64,000 nt of DNA from Gammaproteobacteria bacterium (GCA_965243395.1 CBDEUS010000001.1:224001-288000); one strand, 5' to 3'. Positions 1 through 11,329 are shown, numbered from the stretch's first letter. Notes: generated by a model from the sequence alone, not told the origin. A program made the numbers and translations.

Positions 1-566
1 TAACCAAAATATTTGGGCAATAAAAATCCTGCTACAAATGCACCCAGTGAAGCACCAATAATGTTTATGGCATAGATAACGGATACATGTTTACCAAGGG
101 TAGATTTATTGCGGACTAAGTATTGACTTATTGCCGGGAGGGTTCCGCCCATAAAAAATGCTGGAGGAAATAATATAACTAAAGCAAGTATAAATTTAAC
201 AAGCAAAAACGCCCAATGTCCTGAGCCAAAAGTATTGAATAGAATAGGATATAAATAATTATAAAGATCAGACAATAAAAAGTAGAGAAGAGCGCTAATA
301 GCAACGAAGAATTCTAGAAACGCGTAAATGCGTAGTGGTTTTTGTATTCTAGAAAGAAATTTTCCTAATACAAAACTTCCACATCCTATGCCTATAAAAA
401 AAGCTGAAAGTGTTGTCGAAGCAGCATGAGCCGTATTGCCAAATATTAATCCTAACTCTTTCATCCACAGGACTTCGTATACCAGGCCTGTAAAGCCAGA
501 GGTGAAAAAGAAGATTGAAACGATTACAAAATCGAGCTTGGGTGAAACGATACGTAATGTGCCCAT
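1..566 (-). CDS. Fused MFS-like/spermidine synthase family membrane protein (5' part only, runs off window)
   Basis: Manual translation from ATG at 566: MGTLRIVSPKLDFVIVSIFFFTSGFTGLVYEVLWMKELGLIFGNTAHAASTTLSAFFIG; the SGFxGLVYEVLW...FGNT pattern is typical of this family. Confidence 0.75.
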   Translation of the reverse strand, partial: MGTLRIVSPKLDFVIVSIFFFTSGFTGLVYEVLWMKELGLIFGNTAHAASTTLSAFFIGIGCGSFVLGKFLSRIQKPLRIYAFLEFFVAISALLYFLLSDLYNYLYPILFNTFGSGHWAFLLVKFILALVILFPPAFFMGGTLPAISQYLVRNKSTLGKHVSVIYAINIIGASLGAFVAGFLLPKYFG

Positions 567-987
567 GAGTAGATATTAGATATGTTTTTTAAAGGTTTTG
601 AATATTGCTGAATAAGCTTTGTACTGATGCAGTCTAGTTTCGCTTGATTATCATGCTAAATAATATTTTCTGTGAGTTATAGCACTGATATACTATCCAC
701 AATACAATAAACTATATATAAATACATATTTTAGGAGCGGGTATCAATTAGCAGGCTTCATGCTTCTATTAACTAATTGAACAATAATAAGGTTCCAAGA
801 TAGCATGAAGTGGGCTGGGCCTGTCAGTTTTAATTTAAAAACTAATCGTTCTCATATAAAAATAATTATTTACCGAACCTAATTTCAATAGTCTTTAGCT
901 ATATATCAATGACTCTTAGTTAGATTTGGTAAGTTATATATTTTATAAACCTGTTCTTATAAAATTTTAAAAATATATAGAGAATAG

Positions 988-3336
988 ATGACATACACTC
1001 TCAAGTTAAAAGATGTAGGGATCAGTGATGTATCTGTAGTGGGTGGGAAAAATGCATCGCTTGGTGAGATGATTCATCATCTTACAGAAAAGGGTGTTCG
1101 TGTTCCTGGTGGTTTTGCAACAACTGCCGATGCATTTCAAGAATTTTTAGATACAAACAAATTAACATCATCAATAAATCAATTATTAGATGGTTTAGAT
1201 GTTAATAATATACAAGAGCTTTCAAAAACAGGTCGAGAGATTCGCGATTTAATTGCAAATGCTCCTTTGCCTGATAACCTTCTAAATGCAATAAGAGATT
1301 CCTATGCAGAAATGGAAAAGGAATTGGGTGAAAACATTGCAGTCGCTGTTCGATCATCTGCAACGGCTGAAGATTTGCCCGAAGCATCTTTCGCTGGCCA
1401 GCAAGAAAGCTATTTAAATATCTCAGGTATAGACGCAGTTATAAAGTCGGTGAAGCAAGTGTATTCTTCCTTGTTTAACGATCGGGCGATTGCTTATCGT
1501 GTTCATAAAGGTTTTCAGCATAGTGATGTCTCCATTTCTGTTGGAGTACAGCAAATGGTTCGTAGCGATTTAGCTTCAAGTGGCGTTATGTTTACACTTG
1601 ATACGGAATCAGGTTTTCGAGACGCTGTTTTTATTACCGCAAGTTATGGATTAGGAGAGGCAGTTGTACAAGGCGAAGTAAATCCAGATGAATTTTATGT
1701 CTTTAAGCCAACCTTAAAACTTAATAAACCAGCTATTACTTTTCGTTCGCTTGGAAGTAAAAGAATGAAAATGATTTATGACACCAGCGGTGGCGTGAAG
1801 AAGGTTGATGTTTCTGTAGAAGAGCAAAATAACTTCTGTATTTCTGACGATGATGTTGAAGAACTTGCACGTATAGGTTGTTTAATTGAAGAAAAATATC
1901 AATGCCCAATGGATATTGAATGGGCGAAAGATGGAGTTACAGAGAAGTTATATATTGTACAAGCACGTCCCGAAACCGTAATGAGTCAAAACCATCAAGC
2001 TGTTGAACGTTATACCTTGAATAACAGGTCTGACGTTTTGGTAACAGGAAGAAGTATCGGTCAGAAAATTGCAAAAGGCACAGTCAGTGTAATTGACAGT
2101 ATTGAAAACATTGAAGACTTAAAAGATGGAGAAGTTTTAGTTACAGATATGACTGATCCGGATTGGGAGCCTGTAATGCAACGTGCTTCTGCAATCGTAA
2201 CGAATCGGGGTGGTCGAACATGTCATGCTGCAATTATTGCGCGTGAACTTGGTGTACCCGCAATTGTAGGGTGTGGTGATGCTACAGAAAAGTTGTCCCA
2301 AAAACAGAGTGTGACAATTTCCTGTGCAGAGGGTGATACAGGATACGTTTATAGCGGCGAACTTGATTATGAGATAAACCGTTTTGAATTGAATAATGTT
2401 CCTGAAATTGACTGCAAAATCATGGCGAATGTTGGCAATCCTTTTAGAGCATTTTCATTTTCACAAATTCCCAATGATGGGGTCGGTTTGGCAAGACTGG
2501 AATTTATAATTAACAAAATGGTCGGTGTGCATCCCCAAGCATTGTTGGAATTTAATTCATTAACAAAAGAACTTCAGGAAAATATTAAATCATTGATGGT
2601 TCCTTATCAGGACCCCATTGAATTTTATATTGATAAGTTACGGCAAGGAGTATCAACAATAGCCGCCGCATTTTATCCAAAACCGGTAATCGTGCGTTTA
2701 TCTGATTTTAAATCAAATGAATACGCGCATATGACAGGCGGGAATCTTTATGAGCCTAGAGAAGAAAACCCCATGATTGGTTTTCGTGGGGCATCGCGAT
2801 ACATATCTGATTCATTTAAATCATCTTTTGAACTTGAATGCAGGGCTCTTAAAATCGTTCGTGAAGAAATGAATCTGACAAATGTAAAAATTATGGTTCC
2901 TTTTGTACGAACAACGAAAGAAGCCAAACAGGTCATTGAACTGCTTAAGCAGAATGGACTTGAGAGGGGCAAAGATGGTTTAGAAGTTATTATGATGTGC
3001 GAGATTCCAAGTAACGCGATACTTGCTGAAGCATTTTTAGAGTACTTTGACGGTTTTTCAATTGGTTCTAACGATCTCACTCAGATGACATTAGCTTTAG
3101 ACCGAGACTCAGAAATCATTGCAGATAAATTTGATGAAAGAAACGAAGCTGTGAAAGTTTTAATCCAGAATGTAATTCAGGCGTGTAAAAAATCTAAAAA
3201 ATATATTGGTATCTGTGGTCAAGGGCCATCTGACTACCCTGATTTTGCTGAATGGCTATTAGATGCAGGTATAGACAGTATATCGCTCAACCCAGATTCA
3301 ATTGTTGATACGATGATGCAGTTAGGAAAAAACTAA
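988..3336 (+). CDS. ppsA: Phosphoenolpyruvate synthase
   Basis: VGGKNASLGEM, VRSSATAEDLPEASFAGQQE, GGRTCHAAIIARELG phospho-His motif, EENPMIGFRGASRY. Confidence 0.98.
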   Translation: MTYTLKLKDVGISDVSVVGGKNASLGEMIHHLTEKGVRVPGGFATTADAFQEFLDTNKLTSSINQLLDGLDVNNIQELSKTGREIRDLIANAPLPDNLLNAIRDSYAEMEKELGENIAVAVRSSATAEDLPEASFAGQQESYLNISGIDAVIKSVKQVYSSLFNDRAIAYRVHKGFQHSDVSISVGVQQMVRSDLASSGVMFTLDTESGFRDAVFITASYGLGEAVVQGEVNPDEFYVFKPTLKLNKPAITFRSLGSKRMKMIYDTSGGVKKVDVSVEEQNNFCISDDDVEELARIGCLIEEKYQCPMDIEWAKDGVTEKLYIVQARPETVMSQNHQAVERYTLNNRSDVLVTGRSIGQKIAKGTVSVIDSIENIEDLKDGEVLVTDMTDPDWEPVMQRASAIVTNRGGRTCHAAIIARELGVPAIVGCGDATEKLSQKQSVTISCAEGDTGYVYSGELDYEINRFELNNVPEIDCKIMANVGNPFRAFSFSQIPNDGVGLARLEFIINKMVGVHPQALLEFNSLTKELQENIKSLMVPYQDPIEFYIDKLRQGVSTIAAAFYPKPVIVRLSDFKSNEYAHMTGGNLYEPREENPMIGFRGASRYISDSFKSSFELECRALKIVREEMNLTNVKIMVPFVRTTKEAKQVIELLKQNGLERGKDGLEVIMMCEIPSNAILAEAFLEYFDGFSIGSNDLTQMTLALDRDSEIIADKFDERNEAVKVLIQNVIQACKKSKKYIGICGQGPSDYPDFAEWLLDAGIDSISLNPDSIVDTMMQLGKN

Positions 3337-3372
3337 AATTGCGTCAAGTACTGATTCTTTATTTTCTTAATT

Positions 3373-4206
3373 CTACCAGTTGCGTTCAATTTTCAAATGT
3401 AACGCATGGATAATTTTTGTTGCAATTTCTTCAATTGATATTGATGTAGTATCTATATTAATTATATTTTGTTTTGCAAAGATTTCTTCAGTGTGGCGAA
3501 TTTCAAAAGCACATTGTTTTAACGTTGCGTAGTTACTATTGGGTCTTCTTTTTTCTCGAATGTCAGAAAGTTGTTCTGGTGAAATTGTAAGCCCAATAAG
3601 TTTGTGTTTTACTTTTTTTATTGCTTCCGGTAATTCCAGTGATTCAAAATCTGAATCGGCGATAGGGTAATTAGCCGTTTTTAGTTCATAATGCATTGCT
3701 AGATATAAACAGGTCGGTGTTTTTCCACTTCTTGATACTCCTGTTATTACAACATCAGCGTCTTGCAAGTCATCAGCAAGCAAGCCATCGTCATGGCTTA
3801 AGGCATAATTAAATGCATCCATTCGATGGTTATAGGAATTATGATTACCTAATCCATGCATAATACCTGATGCTGAAGAGGCTTGAGTTGCCAAATCTGA
3901 TTCCATGGAAGGAATGAATGTTGAGAAAATATCATATACAGGTATGTTTTCTTCAGTGAATAACGATTTTATTTCAGTATTGGTCAAGCTTGTGAAAACT
4001 AAAGGCTGTAATCCAGTTTGTTCTTTTTGTAAATGAATTTGTTGAATTACATCTTTTGCAATTTCAGTGTCAGACACAAATGGAAAAACAACTTCATTAA
4101 TTTCGACATCTGGAAACTGAGTAAATAATGATTCAGCCAATGCGGTGATGGTTATTGCGGTACCATCAGAGACAAACACTACGTTTTGTTTGCGTTTCTC
4201 AGTCAT
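3373..4206 (-). CDS. ppsR: PEP synthase regulatory kinase/pyrophosphorylase
   Basis: VSDGTAITI, DDG, GVSRSGKTPTCLYLA, ANYP motifs; adjacent to ppsA; start moved to MTEKRKQ. Confidence 0.93.
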   Translation of the reverse strand: MTEKRKQNVVFVSDGTAITITALAESLFTQFPDVEINEVVFPFVSDTEIAKDVIQQIHLQKEQTGLQPLVFTSLTNTEIKSLFTEENIPVYDIFSTFIPSMESDLATQASSASGIMHGLGNHNSYNHRMDAFNYALSHDDGLLADDLQDADVVITGVSRSGKTPTCLYLAMHYELKTANYPIADSDFESLELPEAIKKVKHKLIGLTISPEQLSDIREKRRPNSNYATLKQCAFEIRHTEEIFAKQNIINIDTTSISIEEIATKIIHALHLKIERNW

Positions 4207-4585
4207 CGAAAATGAGCCTATCAAAATTATTACGAGAAATAAAAATATATTATCTATATATGAATCTTATAAAATTTAATTGAAGCTATTGAGTAATATG
4301 GGCAAACAGCTTAGCTTAGTAAGTCAAAATTTTGATTCGTAAAGATTGTTAATATGCAAATTACTGAAAATACATAATCTAACTTCTCACAAAGTATTAG
4401 TATCTGAAATTTACCAGTTTTGGTCCTGTGAAAAATTCAATATGTATCACCTCTGCTATGGTTATGTTTATTACGTATTTGAGTGATATAATCACCCGCG
4501 CCCAAATTAGGCTTAAAAAGACTGGAGATTAGGGCAATAAGATTAATTGACTATTTTATTAATTATCTAGGACCGAACTTTTATC

Positions 4586-5560
4586 ATGATTCGCCAAAGA
4601 ATCTTACCCGCTGACAGTAATTTAATGGTGTTCACAGGCAATGCACACCCAAAACTTGCACAAGACATTTGTGATGATTTGAACATACCGCTAGGCAAAG
4701 CATTAGTCAGCAATTTCAGTGATGGAGAAGTACAGGTTGAAATCCAGGAAAATGTTCGTGGTAAAGATGTCTTTTTAGTCCAGCCAACGTGTATGCCAAC
4801 CAATGATAATGTCATGGAGTTGCTGATCATGGTGGATGCCTTAAAACGATCTTCGGCTGAGCGTATTACCACGGTGATTCCATATTTTGGTTACTCCAGA
4901 CAGGATCGACGTGTTCGCTCTATACGAGTGCCGATCTCAGCTAAAGTTATCGCAAACCTCTTGCAAGTTGCGGGCGCAGACCGCGTATTAACCGTTGATT
5001 TACATGCTGACCAAATTCAAGGCTTCTTCGATATTCCAGTAGACAATATTTATGCATCTCCCATTTTGTTAGGCGATGTATATAAACGTAAAGACCCTAA
5101 TTTAATTGTGGTCTCGCCGGATGTGGGCGGTGTTGTGCGTGCACGTGCACTTGCGAAGCGGTTAGATGATGCAGATCTTGCCATTATCGATAAACGACGT
5201 CCGGAGGCCAACAAAGCCGAAGTCATGCATATCATCGGTGAGGTGGAAGGAAAATCTTGTTACATCATTGATGATCTGGTGGATACGGCGGGCACACTGT
5301 GCCAGGCGGCTAAAGCCTTAAAAGAACATGGGGCAGAGAGTGTGAGAGCCTATGCCACGCATCCTGTGCTCTCGGGTAGGGCAGTAGAAAATCTTGAGAA
5401 TTCTATGCTGGATGAATTGGTGGTAACTGATACAATTCCGCTCCGCGAAGAAGCTACCCACTGTACCCGGATTCGCCAGGTTGGCGTGTCAGGTTTGGTA
5501 GCCGAATCAATGCGCCGAATCAACCAAGAGGAATCTGTGAGTACCTTATATATGGATTAA
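4586..5560 (+). CDS. prs: Ribose-phosphate pyrophosphokinase
   Basis: [37 protein letters not shown]; prs-rplY-pth-ychF synteny. Confidence 0.98.
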   Translation: MIRQRILPADSNLMVFTGNAHPKLAQDICDDLNIPLGKALVSNFSDGEVQVEIQENVRGKDVFLVQPTCMPTNDNVMELLIMVDALKRSSAERITTVIPYFGYSRQDRRVRSIRVPISAKVIANLLQVAGADRVLTVDLHADQIQGFFDIPVDNIYASPILLGDVYKRKDPNLIVVSPDVGGVVRARALAKRLDDADLAIIDKRRPEANKAEVMHIIGEVEGKSCYIIDDLVDTAGTLCQAAKALKEHGAESVRAYATHPVLSGRAVENLENSMLDELVVTDTIPLREEATHCTRIRQVGVSGLVAESMRRINQEESVSTLYMD

Positions 5561-5619
5561 GGTATATGGGCATGTTGAGGCTTAGTAGCAGAAAATAAAG
5601 AAAGTTTGGAGAAATATTA

Positions 5620-6327
5620 ATGAGTGCCGATTTTACATTAAATGCCGAAATGCGTGACGATTCGCAGCTAGGCAAAGGAGCGAGTCGCAGATTACGTCGT
5701 ATGGGCAAAGTACCTGCAGTTATATATGGAGGTGGAGAAGACCCCGTTTCCGTAACATTTGATCACGACTCATTGATGCATAGCTTAGACCAAGAAGCTT
5801 TCTATTCCCATATTCTAACTGTCGATGTTGCAGGTAAATCACAGCGTGCGATCTTGCGTGATTTACAACGCCATCCTTATAAACCAACTGTTTTACATAT
5901 GGATCTTTTGCGGGTTCGTGAAGACACCGCAATTAATGTGCATGTACCTTTACACTTTTTAAACGAAGATACTTGTCATGGTGTAAAAATGGAAGGCGGC
6001 GCAATCAGCCATAACATTGTTGAAATTGAAATTTCATGCTTACCAAAAGATTTGCCAGAGTTTATTGAAGTAGATACTGCTGACCTGAAGTTAAATGAAG
6101 CTATTCATCTCAGTGAGATCAAAGTTCCAGAAGGCGTTACTATCGTCGAGTTATCTCATGGAGAAGGGCATGATCACGTAGTTGTTTCGGTTCATGTTAA
6201 ACGCGCTGTAGAGGAAGAAGAACCTGTGGTCGCTGAAGAAGGTGAAGAGGTTGCAGAAGAGGATACTGAAACTAAAGCGGAAGGTGATGACAAGGAAGAA
6301 GAAAAATCATCAGGAGATGATTCATAA
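5620..6327 (+). CDS. rplY: 50S ribosomal protein L25/Ctc
   Basis: [26 protein letters not shown], acidic C-terminal tail. Confidence 0.97.
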   Translation: MSADFTLNAEMRDDSQLGKGASRRLRRMGKVPAVIYGGGEDPVSVTFDHDSLMHSLDQEAFYSHILTVDVAGKSQRAILRDLQRHPYKPTVLHMDLLRVREDTAINVHVPLHFLNEDTCHGVKMEGGAISHNIVEIEISCLPKDLPEFIEVDTADLKLNEAIHLSEIKVPEGVTIVELSHGEGHDHVVVSVHVKRAVEEEEPVVAEEGEEVAEEDTETKAEGDDKEEEKSSGDDS

Positions 6328-6339
6328 CTAATCTCACTT

Positions 6340-6924
6340 GTGTCTAATCATAAAGGCATACGACTGATTGTCGGACTTGGCAATCCAGGAGAAAAGCATG
6401 AACAAACCCGGCATAACGCCGGGTTTTGGTTTGTGGATGCTCTGGCTCGCAGAGAAAATTCAATATTCAAACACGAAGTTAAGTTCAAAGGCGAAGTAAC
6501 GCATTTTAGTTGCCATGGGCAAAAAATCTGGTTGCTTAAACCTCAAACCTATATGAATGATAGTGGCGAATCACTTCGACCATTTTGTGATTTTTATAAA
6601 ATCCCCACCGAACAAATTTTAGTAGCCCATGATGAAATAGATTTACCCAATGGTGAGGTTAAAATTAAATGGTCAGGGGGTCATGGTGGGCACAATGGTT
6701 TGCGTAGTATTTTTGCACATTTAAATAAAGACTTTTGGCGTTTACGTATTGGTGTTGGGCATCCTGGCCATAAAGACCAAGTTGTCAACTACGTATTAAA
6801 AAGAGTGAATCAACAAGACCGTGCAGAAATTGATAACGCGATTATTGATGTCATGAACTGTGTAGAAGAATTTGTTGAGGGCAATATTGATTCTGCAATG
6901 AAAAAATTGCACACAAAAGGTTGA
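6340..6924 (+). CDS. pth: Peptidyl-tRNA hydrolase
   Basis: [40 protein letters not shown]. Confidence 0.98.
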   Translation: MSNHKGIRLIVGLGNPGEKHEQTRHNAGFWFVDALARRENSIFKHEVKFKGEVTHFSCHGQKIWLLKPQTYMNDSGESLRPFCDFYKIPTEQILVAHDEIDLPNGEVKIKWSGGHGGHNGLRSIFAHLNKDFWRLRIGVGHPGHKDQVVNYVLKRVNQQDRAEIDNAIIDVMNCVEEFVEGNIDSAMKKLHTKG

Positions 6925-6928
6925 TGCA

Positions 6929-8020
6929 ATGGGATTCAAGTGTGGAATTGTAGGTATGCCTAACGTTGGCAAATCAACACTCTTTAATGCTTTAACTGCA
7001 ACTGAAATTGCAGCAGAAAATTATCCGTTCTGCACTATTGATCCAAATGTAGGCATTGTTCCAGTGCCGGATTCACGCTTAGACACACTCGCCAAGATTG
7101 CATCTTCAGCGGAAGTCATTCCAACGACTATAGAGTTTGTAGATATTGCAGGGTTGGTTGCAGGAGCATCTAAAGGCGAAGGATTGGGTAATCAATTTTT
7201 AGGGCATATTCGCGAAACCGATGCTATAGCACATGTGGTGCGTTGTTTTGATGATGAAAATATTGTTCATGTAGATGGAAAAGTTGATCCAATTTCAGAC
7301 CTTGAAACCATTTATACAGAATTAATATTGGCAGATTTAGAATCCGTTGATAAAGCGATTGCAAAAGTAGAACGTATTGCCAAGTCTGGAAATAAAGAAG
7401 CTTTAGCACAAGTAGAACTTTATAAAAAACTAAAAGATCATCTCGAAAACGAAAAAGATGCTTTTAGTTTTGAAATAAGTAAAGAACAAGCACCGCTTCT
7501 TCGCGAGCTTCATTTGATTACCGCTAAACCGGTATTTTATATTGCTAATGTTGCAGAAGATGGTTTTGAGAATAATGAGCATTTGAAAAAACTTGAAGAG
7601 TTAGCAAAAAAAAGATCAGTTCAAGTGATTCCAGTCTGTGCGCAAATTGAAGCCGAACTTGCTCAGTTAGATGATGCAGAACAAAAAGAATATTTAGCAG
7701 AATTAGGTTTAGAAGAACCAGGTTTAAACCGGGTAATACGCGCAGGTTACGAGTTGCTCGGGCTGCAAACATTTTTTACTGCTGGTCCAAAAGAAGCGCG
7801 TGCCTGGACAGTTGCAAAGGGTGCAACCGCACCACAAGCGGCAGGCAAGATTCACACCGATTTTGAAAAAGGATTTATCCGCGCCGAAGTAGTGGCCTAT
7901 CAGGACTATGTGGATGCCAACGGTGAGGCAGGGGCCAAAGATGCCGGTAAATGGCGCCTGGAAGGGAAAGAATATGTAATGCAGGAAGCGGATGTGGTCC
8001 ACTTTAGGTTTAATGTTTAA
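6929..8020 (+). CDS. ychF: Redox-regulated ATPase YchF
   Basis: [48 protein letters not shown]-terminal FRFNV. Confidence 0.98.
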   Translation: MGFKCGIVGMPNVGKSTLFNALTATEIAAENYPFCTIDPNVGIVPVPDSRLDTLAKIASSAEVIPTTIEFVDIAGLVAGASKGEGLGNQFLGHIRETDAIAHVVRCFDDENIVHVDGKVDPISDLETIYTELILADLESVDKAIAKVERIAKSGNKEALAQVELYKKLKDHLENEKDAFSFEISKEQAPLLRELHLITAKPVFYIANVAEDGFENNEHLKKLEELAKKRSVQVIPVCAQIEAELAQLDDAEQKEYLAELGLEEPGLNRVIRAGYELLGLQTFFTAGPKEARAWTVAKGATAPQAAGKIHTDFEKGFIRAEVVAYQDYVDANGEAGAKDAGKWRLEGKEYVMQEADVVHFRFNV

Positions 8021-8099
8021 TACTTTTGGGTAGAATTGACAGTTTGCAGGGCGTTATATAAGGTCCGCTATCCCAAATCATGGGTCAATCTAAGCATAT

Positions 8100-8176
8100 G
8101 GCTATGTAGCTCAGTTGGTTAGAGCACAGCATTCATAATGCTGGGGTCATTGGTTCAAGTCCAATCATAGCCACCA
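8100..8176 (+). tRNA. tRNA-Met (CAT), elongator-like
   Basis: GGCTATG acceptor stem pairs with CATAGCC, then ACCA; D arm AGCTCAGTTGGTTAGAGC; anticodon arm CAGCA-TTCATAA-TGCTG; T loop GGTTCAAGTCC. Confidence 0.96.
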
Positions 8177-8180
8177 TTTA

Positions 8181-8193
8181 AATCAATAAGTTA
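8181..8193 (+). promoter_or_regulatory. Putative IHF site next to the left att
   Basis: AATCAATAAGTTA matches the WATCAANNNNTTR consensus, 4 bp after the tRNA end. Confidence 0.55.
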
Positions 8194-8233
8194 TATGATT
8201 ATTGATCATTATCAAGAATGGCTGATCTAGTCA

Positions 8234-8252
8234 TTCCTGCACAATTCCTGCA
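8234..8252 (+). repeat. Putative integrase arm-type sites (left copy)
   Basis: TTCCTGCACAATTCCTGCA (tandem TTCCTGCA), identical at 28500-28518. Confidence 0.7.
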
Positions 8253-8294
8253 AACAGTTCGAATTTGCGCCTTTTTATACTTATATACTGTTTT

Positions 8295-8322
8295 ATGTTT
8301 TCTTTCAGCTAATAGCAATCAT
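8295..8322 (-). repeat. Degenerate 28-bp site (A-like)
   Basis: atgttttcttt-cagcta-atagcaatcat. Confidence 0.55.
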
Positions 8323-8326
8323 TTAG

Positions 8327-8716
8327 TTATTTCTTGGAGACAACTACCATTTCTTTAATTTCAAGTTCTACTTCTGTGCCATATCCTAACTTCCATGTTG
8401 GGAATGGAGCTATTAACAAAGCAATCCAGCCTTGCATCGTTGTTACTTTAACTAATCCGAGATTTTGGTCCTCATCTGAAATCTGGTATGTGTCAATGCA
8501 ATGTGTAGGAATAATGCCGAGTGTTAGTACATAGAACATTGGTTCAAAACAATGAGCACCCTCTGGAAATTCGTTCTCTTTTGTTACTGAAATTTCTTCG
8601 AGACCTTTTTGTGATAATTGTAATTCGCTCTCTGGAACGACCTTATACGTGGCACAAGCAGGCAGAAATAATGCCAAAATAAGTGGAATAAGTACTTTTA
8701 TATTGTATTGCTTCAT
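8327..8716 (-). CDS. Cassette gene: hypothetical lipoprotein
   Basis: Lipobox-like LFLPAC after a hydrophobic leader; fills the interval between two sites. Confidence 0.7.
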   Translation of the reverse strand: MKQYNIKVLIPLILALFLPACATYKVVPESELQLSQKGLEEISVTKENEFPEGAHCFEPMFYVLTLGIIPTHCIDTYQISDEDQNLGLVKVTTMQGWIALLIAPFPTWKLGYGTEVELEIKEMVVVSKK

Positions 8717-8729
8717 ACAGACCTAATAA

Positions 8730-8757
8730 ATTTCCGCTTTCGGCCAATAACGGACAT
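8730..8757 (-). repeat. Solo 28-bp site (A type)
   Basis: atttccgcttt-cggcca-ataacggacat. Confidence 0.85.
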
Positions 8758-8767
8758 TTGTTCAAAA

Positions 8768-9139
8768 TTAATTACGACGTTTTCGTGGTTTAGCAACTAC
8801 TTGCCAACCATCTTCATAAATAATGATTCCTGGATCATCTGTTTTTAATGTATCTATGATAATTCCATGTTCTTCAAGTATAGCTTTTATAGCCCAAATT
8901 CTTTTTAGTGGCTCCTTAGCCTCGGGTTTAAACCAAGAAATTGCTCTAAAATGCTCTTCATCCTTTAATTCTGGAGGACTCTTTAAATGCTCCTTCAACC
9001 ATTCAATATTTTTTAATAATTCATTTTCTAAATACGTTTCTAGCTTTAAGCTATCTCTTAGCTCAAATGCAATTTGGAAAATTCCTAGATAGCTATTACT
9101 GCCTTTATTCTTAATTCGTCCTTGAAATCGGATAAACAT
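8768..9139 (-). CDS. Cassette gene: hypothetical protein
   Basis: 123-aa ORF bounded by sites. Confidence 0.7.
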   Translation of the reverse strand: MFIRFQGRIKNKGSNSYLGIFQIAFELRDSLKLETYLENELLKNIEWLKEHLKSPPELKDEEHFRAISWFKPEAKEPLKRIWAIKAILEEHGIIIDTLKTDDPGIIIYEDGWQVVAKPRKRRN

Positions 9140-9162
9140 TCTTCAAATTATTTTAATTTACA

Positions 9163-9263
9163 ATGTCCGCTTTGGGTCGTTAGGAGACATTTTGCGCTTG
9201 TATGTAATTGATTCCAACCTACCACTTCTCATTTTATGACTGCTTTCGGCCATTAGCGGTCAT
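9163..9263 (-). repeat. Doublet site (45-bp linker)
   Basis: atgtccgcttt-gggtcg-ttaggagacat +45 bp+ atgactgcttt-cggcca-ttagcggtcat; the upstream gene's TGA lies in the arm. Confidence 0.9.
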
Positions 9264-9655
9264 TTGGAGTAATGAAATTGTTTATAAACTATCGTTGCAA
9301 CACTAATATTTATTAAAACAAATATTAACCCTGGGATAAGACTTATAATGCTGTTTTGAAATCCAAAAAACTTCCAGTCTGTATTTATAATTTCATATAT
9401 CCACCATCCAGTATTAAATAACACTATTAAGTAGAAAATATATTGAGACCAGTTTCTATTCGCGAATAAAGCAATACCAGCTACCAAATATGGCATAGCG
9501 TAAAAAACAAACTTCCAATGTTTGTAAACATAAGCACCCCACAGCAGATATACTCCAGCAAGAATAACAGCTAAAATTGCCAACCATTTTCCCAAAGAAC
9601 TTGTCTTGTTATTTTCTCCTAATTCACTATTTGGTGTTGAATACGGATTATCCAT
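9260..9655 (-). CDS. Cassette gene: membrane protein (~4 TM)
   Basis: MDNPYSTP leader and four hydrophobic segments; stop overlaps the site arm. Confidence 0.72.
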   Translation of the reverse strand: MDNPYSTPNSELGENNKTSSLGKWLAILAVILAGVYLLWGAYVYKHWKFVFYAMPYLVAGIALFANRNWSQYIFYLIVLFNTGWWIYEIINTDWKFFGFQNSIISLIPGLIFVLINISVATIVYKQFHYSK

Positions 9656-9674
9656 CTGATTTATTTTATTAATA

Positions 9675-9775
9675 ATGTCTGCTTTGGGTCGTTACCAGAC
9701 ATTTTGCTCTTGTATGCTGTTGAATCCAACCGATTGCGTCCCATTTTTTGTCTCCTTTCGGCCATAAGCGGACAT
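9675..9775 (-). repeat. Doublet site (45-bp linker)
   Basis: atgtctgcttt-gggtcg-ttaccagacat +45 bp+ ttgtctccttt-cggcca-taagcggacat. Confidence 0.9.
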
Positions 9776-10258
9776 TCAATAACCGTAATATTTTGGGTTC
9801 TCTAAAACAGAACGAGCAGTTTCTTTAGCTTGTTCAGAAGTAAACTTTGCGCGAATAAGAACACCAACAGCACAATTTTCGTCTTTTCTTTTTATGCAAT
9901 TTTCAAACTCATCAGATAAGTTGAAAAACCAAAGTCTTTCATTAACTGTCATTCCTTTGTAACTTTCACTAAACCAAATATCCCATTCAAAATCCTTATC
10001 ATCAATTTTATAACTATCCCCACCCATAACTACATCAATTGCTTGCAAGTATTCATTTTGAGTTAATTCGCATGGCTCCCATTTTATATCTGTACCCAAT
10101 TTCCCATCATCAAATCCTCTTTTAAGTAAAAAATTAATTGTCGTTAAAGAGGGCCAATGCGCCATTTTCTTACAGTAAATAAATGATAAACCCAACTCGA
10201 ATAATCTAGCAGTGCTCTGATGTCCAGATTCAATTATTTGCACATTGTGGAGTTTCAT
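9776..10258 (-). CDS. Cassette gene: hypothetical protein
   Basis: 160-aa ORF; stop abuts the site. Confidence 0.7.
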   Translation of the reverse strand: MKLHNVQIIESGHQSTARLFELGLSFIYCKKMAHWPSLTTINFLLKRGFDDGKLGTDIKWEPCELTQNEYLQAIDVVMGGDSYKIDDKDFEWDIWFSESYKGMTVNERLWFFNLSDEFENCIKRKDENCAVGVLIRAKFTSEQAKETARSVLENPKYYGY

Positions 10259-10273
10259 TTTTCTAAATTTAAA

Positions 10274-10374
10274 ATGTCCGCTTTGGGTCGTTACCTGACA
10301 TTTTGAACTGGTATGTCTTTGTTTCCAACCTGTTTCATCCTAAATTATGTCTTCTTTCGGCCAGAAGCGGTCAT
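10274..10374 (-). repeat. Doublet site (45-bp linker)
   Basis: atgtccgcttt-gggtcg-ttacctgacat +45 bp+ atgtcttcttt-cggcca-gaagcggtcat. Confidence 0.9.
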
Positions 10375-10805
10375 TCAATAGTTTTACAGAAAGGCGGATT
10401 GTTGTTTGCGGATTCCAAGCTATTTGGATTTGTAAATGGCCAAATATTTCTATCAAAACCGTTATATTCTTTTGGGAAAAAGCCAAACGTGAATATTCTA
10501 ACTATGCCTCTTACGCAAGCTTTTATTCCTGTTTTTTTAGGCCATAAATATTCATAGTCAGATTTCAAGAATAGAATTACCCTAGCTAATTCTCTTTTAT
10601 GTTCATCTGGTATGCGCCAGTCACCTTTGAGCTTGTGAGTCTTAAAATCATCGTAAAGTGGCCAGCCTGCTTGCCACCATATTTCGTAAATAGCAAGGTC
10701 ATCTGATTCAGGAAGACGGCTTTCAAATTCAAAATTATCTATTTGCCCAGAATAGAAATGTCTTAATAATTCAGCAAATTTGTCTCGTGCTTTTCTATCA
10801 ATCAT
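10371..10805 (-). CDS. Cassette gene: hypothetical protein
   Basis: 144-aa ORF; TGA inside the site arm. Confidence 0.7.
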   Translation of the reverse strand: MIDRKARDKFAELLRHFYSGQIDNFEFESRLPESDDLAIYEIWWQAGWPLYDDFKTHKLKGDWRIPDEHKRELARVILFLKSDYEYLWPKKTGIKACVRGIVRIFTFGFFPKEYNGFDRNIWPFTNPNSLESANNNPPFCKTIE

Positions 10806-10815
10806 TTTTTTGCGA

Positions 10816-10916
10816 ATGTCCGCTTTGGGTCGTTACCGGACATTTTGCTCTTGTATGTAATTGATTCCAATCTACTACTTCTCATTTTTTGACTGCTTTC
10901 GGCCAATAGCGGTCAA
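10816..10916 (-). repeat. Doublet site (45-bp linker)
   Basis: atgtccgcttt-gggtcg-ttaccggacat +45 bp+ ttgactgcttt-cggcca-atagcggtcaa. Confidence 0.9.
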
Positions 10917-11308
10917 AATCTATGTTCATTATCATGATTAATTTTTCCAGTTCCATCATGATATAAATCTAGAACTACTAATCCAGAACCATCGTTACAA
11001 AAGTGTCTTGTTCCATTTTCTAACTCTTCATTTCTGGGGCAAAATATAGCAAGGCTTGTTACTTTATCTGGATCATATTTAAAAGTCGCATACACCAAGT
11101 TCGTATCAATATTATGTTGTTCGTGTATATCAGTAGCGCTTTTCGGCAAGTACTCTGGTAGCCACCCAGCAATCATCATGCCTGCTTCTTTTGCTTCATC
11201 GTAAGTTGAAAAATGAGACTCTGTATTTTCCCAATTTTTGCACCACGAAATTGATAGAAGAATAAGAATTAAGCTACCCGCGATTACTATAATAGATGAC
11301 TTAACCAT
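10913..11308 (-). CDS. Cassette gene: exported hypothetical protein (YbbD-like)
   Basis: N-terminal anchor; GWLPEYLPKSATDIHEQHNIDTN; TGA inside the site arm. Confidence 0.65.
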   Translation of the reverse strand: MVKSSIIVIAGSLILILLSISWCKNWENTESHFSTYDEAKEAGMMIAGWLPEYLPKSATDIHEQHNIDTNLVYATFKYDPDKVTSLAIFCPRNEELENGTRHFCNDGSGLVVLDLYHDGTGKINHDNEHRF

Positions 11309-11329
11309 GATGGATTGCGTATTAAGCTA

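Noticed and set aside
9163-9263. XerC/D dif or pdif sites
   Set aside because: The 11-6-11 geometry is shared, but neither arm resembles the XerD arm TTATGTTAAAT or the XerC arm.
10303-10557. Plus-strand ORFs 10303-10557 and 10347-10547
   Set aside because: Antisense to a cassette gene; starts derive from the repeat or linker (MSSFGQKRS is the translated site).
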